Below, one piece after another: positions 57,261-64,000 of a stretch of DNA of 64,000 nt. The DNA comes from a virus: the IMG/VR virus record IMGVR_UViG_3300020183_000009; one strand, written 5' to 3'. The notes below the pieces were generated by a model that was not told where the DNA came from, made no database searches, and was given only the letters and a program-made list of their open reading frames with translations. Positions within the stretch are counted from its first letter, which is position 1. Each line of letters starts with the position of its first letter. A program made the translations under genes and the position numbers.

Positions 57261-58032
57261 TAGGTAATAATTTTTTTACTTTGTTACTTTCTTTTTTAAT
57301 TGTTTGGGTTATGTAACTCATTATTTTTCTTTTAAAGATTGGTATTAGAGTTTCTTCAAGAGGAAAAATTTCATTACATAACACTTCAAATACAGGATAC
57401 TTGTGACTTTTAACTTTAATATCTTTACTTAAAAAGTTAAGAATAATATCAGTAGGTGTCAAATCCGAATTGTCACTTTCATAGATTAATTTTAAAAATG
57501 TTTTTGGTTGGGTATCTTCTTTTTTTTGTTTTCTAATATTATATCTCCAAATATATAATTTTTCTTTAGCTTGATAATAAAAGAATCCCATTTTGGAATC
57601 TATATTAGATTTGTTTTTCTTTAAATTTACGGTGATGGAATCATAAACTATTGACCACACTGATTTTGTAATACCAAAATAGTCTTGTAGTCTTGGGTGA
57701 CTGAATTTAAGTATTTTTCGGTACTCATCGTATTCATCATCCGCAAGTACAGGTATGTCTTTTAATTTTAAATCAGATAAAATATATTCATCATCAAATG
57801 ATGATAACTTTTTTTCAGAGTATAAAATTTTATCTTGATTAATAAGTGTTTGGATGTTACCTAAATGTAATGAAAGTTCTGTAAACATCGGATAAACTTT
57901 CATTTGTTCTAAATCTTTATTTAACTTTTGAAAGTAATCCAATAAAATATATTGTTTTTGTTCTGAGTCTATAATTCCGTTGAACAACCAATCGGTATCC
58001 ATTACAAACTTTATTTTATTTTTCCTTGTCAT
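57250..58032 (-). CDS. Hypothetical protein
   Basis: IDSEQKQYILLDY..PLEETLIP. Confidence 0.75.
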   Translation of the reverse strand: MTRKNKIKFVMDTDWLFNGIIDSEQKQYILLDYFQKLNKDLEQMKVYPMFTELSLHLGNIQTLINQDKILYSEKKLSSFDDEYILSDLKLKDIPVLADDEYDEYRKILKFSHPRLQDYFGITKSVWSIVYDSITVNLKKNKSNIDSKMGFFYYQAKEKLYIWRYNIRKQKKEDTQPKTFLKLIYESDNSDLTPTDIILNFLSKDIKVKSHKYPVFEVLCNEIFPLEETLIPIFKRKIMSYITQTIKKESNKVKKLLPNGV

Positions 58033-58078
58033 AACTACTTAAAATATAGATAAAGTTTTTTTAAAAATGAATAGGTGG

Positions 58079-59470
58079 TTAACTCACTTTCATAATATAG
58101 TAAATTTCCCCATCAAATTCTACTTCATCATAAGTACCATCATTTCCATTCATAACTCCCCATCCATCCTCGTCAACCAATCCTTGAGCTAATTCATCCT
58201 CATCCACAAAATTTTCCAAATTTAAACTATGTACTTTAATAAAATTCATAGGGTCTCTCATGTATCTATTTACAATACCTTCCAATTTATCATCTACCAT
58301 ATCTTGACTTGGTTCATCATCTGGTTCAATACTATCTAACTCATCTTGAGCCTTATCCTTTTTTTCCTCAACTTCGTCAATCATTTTTTGGATTTCGTAA
58401 TACTTTTTGTCATATTCTTCAGGGTCCTCTAATTCATCGTAAGCCTCATTTTGTTTTTCTTCAAGGTCTGAAATATAATCCTCAAGTTCGGAAATATAAT
58501 TTTCAAGTTTACTAATTCTTCTTTCTTGTTCTGCAGTTAATTCAAAATCATCGTCATTAAAATAAACTTCAGGATTTTGCCAAATATCATCTTCATACCA
58601 TTCCCTTATATAATCTCTTAGATAATCCTCATCTATATAATTTTCAACAAAATGGTTTCTGAATCCATCCATTCCTACGTCATCAATATAATTTTTAGCA
58701 TATTTTAAAGCTGCGTCATCCATCTCTTCCGAAGTACCAACAGTGTATTCATTATTTTTAAACCCTGGTAATAAAACCTCAAAGGTTGTTAATCCATAAT
58801 GCGTCCATCTCATTGGATTTAAATCGTAAACATCTCCTTCATCTTCACCAAGGTCTGATATCTCATCTTCAATTTCAGATATTCTTTCCTCAATTTCCTC
58901 AGTATATTCTTCTTCGTTTTCAAGTCTTTCAAGTTCAGTATTCAACTCTTTTAATTTTTCCTTATCTTCATTATTCAAAACTTCAACATCTCCGTTATCA
59001 ACTAAAAATTTAAAAAGTGCGTTAGCTTTTATACCTTCATCGTCAGTATCTTCAGGGTCCCATATATTACCAAGTCGTCTACGATTACCCTCAGACCTTT
59101 TTTCTCTAAGTTCCGCCGCTAATCTTTTTGCTTCTATTGGGGAATCACTATCCCAAACATGTTTTCTAACTGTAATACCATCAATATTAGAGATTTTGGT
59201 CCTACTAATACTAAGACTACCATCAACATATTTTACATTACCCAATGAGTCCATGGGTGTATTTGAAACATCTAAATCTCCCGTTATCCATAATGGTTTA
59301 CCCTGAAACTTAGGTAATCTACTAATCCCTTGTCCATGGTAACCTGAAAGTTTTAAAAGTTCTTTATATTCTTCAGGGGATATTTTATAATATTCTTCCT
59401 CGGATTGTTCTCTTATCAACCCTAACAATCTATTCATTTTATTTTCCGATAAAAAAATTCTACGATTCAT
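58079..59470 (-). CDS. Very acidic coiled-coil protein with FLSE..IREQ leader
   Basis: 463 aa; TATTTAT upstream. Confidence 0.8.
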   Translation of the reverse strand: MNRRIFLSENKMNRLLGLIREQSEEEYYKISPEEYKELLKLSGYHGQGISRLPKFQGKPLWITGDLDVSNTPMDSLGNVKYVDGSLSISRTKISNIDGITVRKHVWDSDSPIEAKRLAAELREKRSEGNRRRLGNIWDPEDTDDEGIKANALFKFLVDNGDVEVLNNEDKEKLKELNTELERLENEEEYTEEIEERISEIEDEISDLGEDEGDVYDLNPMRWTHYGLTTFEVLLPGFKNNEYTVGTSEEMDDAALKYAKNYIDDVGMDGFRNHFVENYIDEDYLRDYIREWYEDDIWQNPEVYFNDDDFELTAEQERRISKLENYISELEDYISDLEEKQNEAYDELEDPEEYDKKYYEIQKMIDEVEEKKDKAQDELDSIEPDDEPSQDMVDDKLEGIVNRYMRDPMNFIKVHSLNLENFVDEDELAQGLVDEDGWGVMNGNDGTYDEVEFDGEIYYIMKVS

Positions 59471-59568
59471 AATTATAAATACCCTAAAAAATAAATAAGG
59501 TATTGTTTACTATTAAATCAATTTGGGTGATATTTATTGGTATAATAAACCTATTAAAAAACTTAAAT

Positions 59569-59712
59569 ATGGGATGCGGTTGTAAAAACAAAGGAAATCA
59601 GGCGGCACAACAACCATCACAAAGTGCTCAACCTGCTAAAGAACAAGTTAAATCACCAAACATTCAAGAATCTATTAAAAAGGTTGTTGAGAAGTATTAC
59701 AACAAGAAATAA
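59569..59712 (+). CDS. Small MGCGCK protein
   Basis: Start moved to MGCGCKNK; C-terminal NIQESIKKVVE. Confidence 0.7.
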   Translation: MGCGCKNKGNQAAQQPSQSAQPAKEQVKSPNIQESIKKVVEKYYNKK

Positions 59713-59742
59713 AAAAAGGGTTCAATTTGAGCCCTTTTTTTA
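59711..59742. terminator. Bidirectional terminator
   Basis: aaaaaaagggttc..gagccctttttt. Confidence 0.85.
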
Positions 59743-59743
59743 T

Positions 59744-60268
59744 TTATACTCTCTTAGAATGTGACACTATCTGATAAAAATCTTTTTCCCCGTCACAATA
59801 TTCGATTACCAATTCAAGTAATTTTTTAAACATAAAGGCCCCTTCAGTTTGTTTTTCACATTTTATGAATAATTCTAAAAGTGAACATAAAAACTCGATT
59901 TTTAGTGGACCTACATTAGTTATTGTTTCATACTTTTCTACAAAGTATTCATAATATAAAAAATTATAAGACTTCATTTCATCTTTAGTTTTAAACGGTT
60001 CTATTAAGTCATATAATTCAAACCATTCAGAAACAAAATTTTTAACTTCATAAGGAGCGTATTCAGATTTAATAATTAAATCAACAATCCAATGAGTATG
60101 TGATGGGGTTCTTAATCTATTCTTACCATTTTTATATTTAACAATGAAATCTAAATCAGGATTACCCCCTCTACTACCTTGATATATTGCAATTATAGTT
60201 CCATCAGGTAGTAACCAATTATTTATTGGTTCATGTCGTACTCCTTTTTTAGAAAAACTTAAATTCAT
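59744..60268 (-). CDS. Hypothetical protein
   Basis: RLRTPSHTHWIVDL. Confidence 0.7.
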   Translation of the reverse strand: MNLSFSKKGVRHEPINNWLLPDGTIIAIYQGSRGGNPDLDFIVKYKNGKNRLRTPSHTHWIVDLIIKSEYAPYEVKNFVSEWFELYDLIEPFKTKDEMKSYNFLYYEYFVEKYETITNVGPLKIEFLCSLLELFIKCEKQTEGAFMFKKLLELVIEYCDGEKDFYQIVSHSKRV

Positions 60269-60271
60269 TAT

Positions 60272-60559
60272 TTAAAGAATAAAATCCTTAATGATACCTA
60301 CACCTTCTTCTATATTTTCATAATTCACTTGTGGTGCATATAATTGCGGAACAGGTTCTTCATCTTCAGTATCTTCCACTAACATAAACGCAGGAACATA
60401 ATCACTACCAGTTATTTCAGCAAATAAATTAAATTCTTCTTCGTAGTCATCGATGTCTCTTTCGTGAAACTCCACATTACTTTCTTTTAATTGTGTTTTA
60501 AACACTTCACACCAAGGACAACCTTTCATGGTGTATACTACTACTAATTTATTATCCAT
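60272..60559 (-). CDS. Glutaredoxin-like protein
   Basis: YTMKGCPWC, YVPAF. Confidence 0.85.
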   Translation of the reverse strand: MDNKLVVVYTMKGCPWCEVFKTQLKESNVEFHERDIDDYEEEFNLFAEITGSDYVPAFMLVEDTEDEEPVPQLYAPQVNYENIEEGVGIIKDFIL

Positions 60560-60860
60560 TTGTTAATGTATTAATCAAATCTTTTAATTGAGACTCTTGT
60601 AACAGTCCTGCTTTACTTGACACTTCATTACCTTCATTAAAGGTCTTGATTGTTGGGATTGCTCTAACTCCTAACTCAATAGCTAGTTCTCTATTCTCAT
60701 CAACATTTATTGTATACATCGGTACATCTGATGTTTCAGCAACTCTTTCAAATATAGGTTTCATCATTTTACATGGTCCGCACCAAGGTGCCCAAAAATC
60801 AACAATCATTTTTTCACCGTTATCGATTTTTTCTCTTAATTCTTTTTGTGTAATTTCCAT
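60552..60860 (-). CDS. trxA: Thioredoxin
   Basis: DFWAPWCGPCK, IPT. Confidence 0.92.
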   Translation of the reverse strand: MEITQKELREKIDNGEKMIVDFWAPWCGPCKMMKPIFERVAETSDVPMYTINVDENRELAIELGVRAIPTIKTFNEGNEVSSKAGLLQESQLKDLINTLTNG

Positions 60861-60863
60861 AAT

Positions 60864-61202
60864 TTATTTTGTTTTTAAGATATTATTAACAGTAAATTCT
60901 GTAACATTTAATCTATTTACTGTCGTGAATATAAATATCTTAGTATTGTTATGAACATATAACATAATCCCAGATTTATCATACATAAGTAACTGAGTAA
61001 TATCATCGTTTATTTTATCCCCACCAAATACTGGAACTGCCTTATGGATGTGTGTCCAAATTAATTCTGATTTACCAATTAATTTATCGATATTTTTAAT
61101 AATACCTTCATTTTTTAATGGGATGGGTATCTCAATGACACTTGGATATTCATCAAAGGTTTTAACAAAAATATCAATACAATGTGTGGGTATTTTTTCC
61201 AT
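60864..61202 (-). CDS. Hypothetical protein
   Basis: Coupled ORF. Confidence 0.65.
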   Translation of the reverse strand: MEKIPTHCIDIFVKTFDEYPSVIEIPIPLKNEGIIKNIDKLIGKSELIWTHIHKAVPVFGGDKINDDITQLLMYDKSGIMLYVHNNTKIFIFTTVNRLNVTEFTVNNILKTK

Positions 61203-61203
61203 A

Positions 61204-62892
61204 TTAAAAATTTAATTCTTCACCAAATAATTGTAAAGGCTCAATAGTATTACGGGCACTTACGTTTGTAATTCGTTCATCGTCCCACTTTAAATAAGGT
61301 CCGTATTGGAAGTTCATCATCCCGATTTCCTCAGTGAATCTACTACCTGAGTTAAATGTTTTATAACCAACCTTTAACTCTACTTTGGGTAAATCAAATA
61401 GTTTTTCATTAACCAATTTTTCAATTCGGATATCCAATAATAATATCGGTCTATTCCATGATTCGTCAAGTTGGTGGTTAAATCTTCCGAGTGTTTGAAC
61501 TCTCTTCAATCTAACCTTTTCATTTTCTAACTTAATCTGATATTCAATTGTTGCTCTTTCTTTAGAATCGTCAGACCCATTTCTAAGTGAGATAATAAAT
61601 GAACCTGCTCTATTAATATACCCTTTAACACAATTTGACTGAAGATGGGATTCCACATTATATTCCCTTGACGTTGTTAAAACTACAGGGTAATAAGTTT
61701 CATCCACAACTTCTTGAACTTTATCAACAAATTCTTCATTATAAAACCTGGTAAAGTCTCCATTATTGTAAAACCCTAAACGTTCTGATACGTTGAAGTG
61801 TTCGTCCATAAATGTCTGATAATCATTTGATTCCCACCGAACACTTTCAAATCTTCTTAGATTACGAATCATACTTAAATGGTCATAAAATGTATGACTG
61901 TCAATCTCACCCTTTAACATTAATTTAAAGACTTCAAATGAGTTGTATTTTTCTTTTTTACTTTGGAATAAATCTTCCTTCCACCCACTATGGTGATAAT
62001 TACTTTCTAGAATACTAATAAGAATCTTTTCAGGTTGAGACATTATAAAGTCCTTACCAAATAAGTCGAAGGTACTATTTAAAAACCCTGGCCCATTAAA
62101 TTTTTCAACCCTGTGTAATACTTTTTTTATTTTATCTCCTTTGAGCCCATATAAACCCATGAAGGTATCTATAAACTTCATTTTATATTTAACAAAATCT
62201 TTCTTCTTCGGGTGAGGATGTGACAACATGAATACGCCCCAATTATTAGGTGTTTTAATGTCATTCTTATCCAAATACATTTTATATAAAATATATTCGT
62301 GTGACATATTAGAATAGTTCTCAAATTCCAGTGAAGAATTAAAGAAGGTACTGAAAATTTTTTGAACGGTTTCTCCCTTATTAATCAACAGTTCGGGATT
62401 TCTATTAAGAATGTTAGATAATTCAGAGTTAATTAATGACTTCATTCTATTAACAGGGTCAGTGTTAAATGAATTTCTACTTACTTTCTTTCTAAATTTA
62501 CGTTTTAAATGGTAATTGGTTATACCTCCATAATATAAAGAATTTGTTTTAAAATTATAGGTTAAGTACGTCACGTCAGTTTGTACCTTAAAATACTTTT
62601 TACCAACGTTTCTATTTCTATGATATCTAAATAATTTTATACACGTCTTATCATCTGTTTTAGTAACAATTACACTGACTCTAGTGTGGTAAACACTACA
62701 TAAAGGATTGGCGTAATTTTTAAGATATGACTCTTCATTACTATGTTCCGTCTTGAATTGGAAGTAGTTCTTGTAGGTACTTTTATCTATTTTAATACCT
62801 AAAATCTCATCGGTATCGTCCTCAAGTTTACAGTACGAATCATGTTCAGTTACAATATATCTGTCGTGTCTAAATTTAAATAATTCCTCCAT
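61204..62892 (-). CDS. PcfJ-domain protein
   Basis: ESHLQSNCVKGY..IISLR..RATIE..VQTLGRFN. Confidence 0.75.
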   Translation of the reverse strand: MEELFKFRHDRYIVTEHDSYCKLEDDTDEILGIKIDKSTYKNYFQFKTEHSNEESYLKNYANPLCSVYHTRVSVIVTKTDDKTCIKLFRYHRNRNVGKKYFKVQTDVTYLTYNFKTNSLYYGGITNYHLKRKFRKKVSRNSFNTDPVNRMKSLINSELSNILNRNPELLINKGETVQKIFSTFFNSSLEFENYSNMSHEYILYKMYLDKNDIKTPNNWGVFMLSHPHPKKKDFVKYKMKFIDTFMGLYGLKGDKIKKVLHRVEKFNGPGFLNSTFDLFGKDFIMSQPEKILISILESNYHHSGWKEDLFQSKKEKYNSFEVFKLMLKGEIDSHTFYDHLSMIRNLRRFESVRWESNDYQTFMDEHFNVSERLGFYNNGDFTRFYNEEFVDKVQEVVDETYYPVVLTTSREYNVESHLQSNCVKGYINRAGSFIISLRNGSDDSKERATIEYQIKLENEKVRLKRVQTLGRFNHQLDESWNRPILLLDIRIEKLVNEKLFDLPKVELKVGYKTFNSGSRFTEEIGMMNFQYGPYLKWDDERITNVSARNTIEPLQLFGEELNF

Positions 62893-62932
62893 AAATAATG
62901 TGAAATAGGGGGAAAATGATTCCCCCGTTATT

Positions 62933-63688
62933 TTAATATGAGTAAGTATCTGCGAGTTCCCAAAGTTTAGTATTAACTTGACTAACCGCCATAATACTTT
63001 TTAAACCTCTAAGTTCAGTTTTTCTACCTTTGTCAGTAGTATATTTCAAACCTCCTTTTACGAAGTTCTCTTGAATTACGTTGAACGTTGTCCAAACGTC
63101 TTTACCCATGTCTTCTTCACGTCTTGGGTGAACGATTGACATAACGTCAAGAGTTGTTGGTACGTGACCTGATTTCCATCTAAGATTTATTGCTTGTTTA
63201 ATAAAATCAATTCTTTCTTTATCAGATAATTCTTTACCCATCATTCGACCAACTGAATCCTGTATGATAGGTAATTTACCCGCGAAAGATTCTGTTAATC
63301 GTTTAACATCGTCCAAATCAAATCTTTGGTGTTTAACGTTAAATGATTCTGCTAAAGATGTTGGTACTGTCAATCCATTACTACATACCAATCTGTGTAG
63401 TCCAGCACTAACTGAAAGTGTTGCATAACCATTATGAGAGTTTCTGATGATTGCTTCAACTAATGAGTCACCAACTTTAGGTAGTTCACCATTTCTAAGT
63501 CTAAGTTCATGGACTGAGTGAATTCCTTTTCCTGTTTGTTTTGCGGAAGATACATTCCACCCTTCTCTTTGAAAATTATCAAGAATATCCAAAGTTGGTA
63601 CGAAAACGTACTTATTGGACATCTTGTTAGAAGGTGAGGTTGCGAATACTGAAGGGGTGTTTTGTTTAATCTGTTCTAATGTCATCAT
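62933..63688 (-). CDS. DUF932 family protein
   Basis: APSVF-like start, NSHNG, RLVCSNGL, RREED..WTTFNVIQEN; TATCTTTG at 63711-63718. Confidence 0.85.
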   Translation of the reverse strand: MMTLEQIKQNTPSVFATSPSNKMSNKYVFVPTLDILDNFQREGWNVSSAKQTGKGIHSVHELRLRNGELPKVGDSLVEAIIRNSHNGYATLSVSAGLHRLVCSNGLTVPTSLAESFNVKHQRFDLDDVKRLTESFAGKLPIIQDSVGRMMGKELSDKERIDFIKQAINLRWKSGHVPTTLDVMSIVHPRREEDMGKDVWTTFNVIQENFVKGGLKYTTDKGRKTELRGLKSIMAVSQVNTKLWELADTYSY

Positions 63689-63741
63689 AGTTATATCTTA
63701 TTTGTGTCTACAAAGATATAACAAAAAATCATTAAAACAAA

Positions 63742-64000
63742 TTAATTTAGAGAAAATGTTCCGTATTTTGTTTTTTGGAAGACCCCGATAACTTTAGATT
63801 CAATCTTTTCAAAAGATTCTTTATTTAATTCGACAACAATATCAATTATTTGTTTTTGAGTTAGAGAAACCTCATCACCGTTCTCAATGTTTTTATAACA
63901 AGTTTCTTCAACCTTTTTATAAAAATCCTCCTTTAATGAGTCACCAATTAAATCAATTAAGTCATTAGGATTTTTATCAAAAAAATTTACAAATTGATTA
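63742..64000 (-). CDS. Hypothetical protein, 3' part (start outside window)
   Basis: Open frame ending ...TKYGTFSLN*. Confidence 0.65.
   Translation of the reverse strand, partial: NQFVNFFDKNPNDLIDLIGDSLKEDFYKKVEETCYKNIENGDEVSLTQKQIIDIVVELNKESFEKIESKVIGVFQKTKYGTFSLN

Noticed and set aside
859-60954. Short antisense or alternate-frame ORFs in the track (e.g. 859, 1462, 5681, 8889, 13473, 17788, 33006, 46871, 53354, 60646)
   Set aside because: Shadows of longer genes with recognisable products.
1-64000. Stop-codon reassignment
   Set aside because: Known proteins (UmuC, GSII, SmpB, Trx) are full length in code 11 and genes end in TAA, TAG or TGA with tight coupling; the few in-frame TAAs are isolated.
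1-64000. Bacterial chromosome origin of the window
   Set aside because: Host-like genes are isolated among many small unknown ORFs, a lysin, DUF3310, DUF932 and HNH, with no housekeeping operons; phage origin is inferred, although hallmark structural genes are absent here.

Overview
AT-rich, densely coded 64-kb segment of what looks like a large (jumbo-type) tailed-phage genome, most probably infecting a Bacteroidota host. Support: TAnnTTTG (-7) promoters, several with a TTTG (-33) box, and no obvious Shine-Dalgarno motifs. No core capsid, terminase or replicative polymerase genes, tRNAs, rRNAs or CRISPR arrays were recognised. Recognisable genes: HNH endonuclease, LpxH-like phosphoesterase plus GT2, flavodoxin-like protein, UmuD/UmuC, SET-domain protein, HD, HAD, GNAT and ART-like enzymes, CatB-like acetyltransferase, amidase endolysin, RmlC, SmpB, NUDIX, DUF192, DHH, DNA methyltransferase, type II glutamine synthetase, Grx/Trx, PcfJ-like proteins and DUF932. 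The most striking feature is that about 30 otherwise unrelated genes begin with one of two short N-terminal leaders ending in (I/L)xE: MNLQE(S/T/N)IRRILREE or MKY(L/I)ITE. The first is nearly identical at DNA level across copies, recurs inside multi-module polyproteins, and many tagged genes sit behind a TATTTAT promoter motif. I infer a portable capsid-targeting/protease-cleavage tag that also serves as a recombination handle for shuffling cargo genes. Other findings: three candidate structured ncRNAs (one directly 3' of a DIP1984-like gene), a two-gene cassette flanked by a 38-bp direct repeat, a 'KSE*' junction gene array, an origin-like region with DnaA-box-like 9-mers, and a ribosome-rescue set (SmpB, an ArfA-like peptide and a tmRNA-like 3' remnant). 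All family assignments come from motif recognition by eye and need HMM confirmation.
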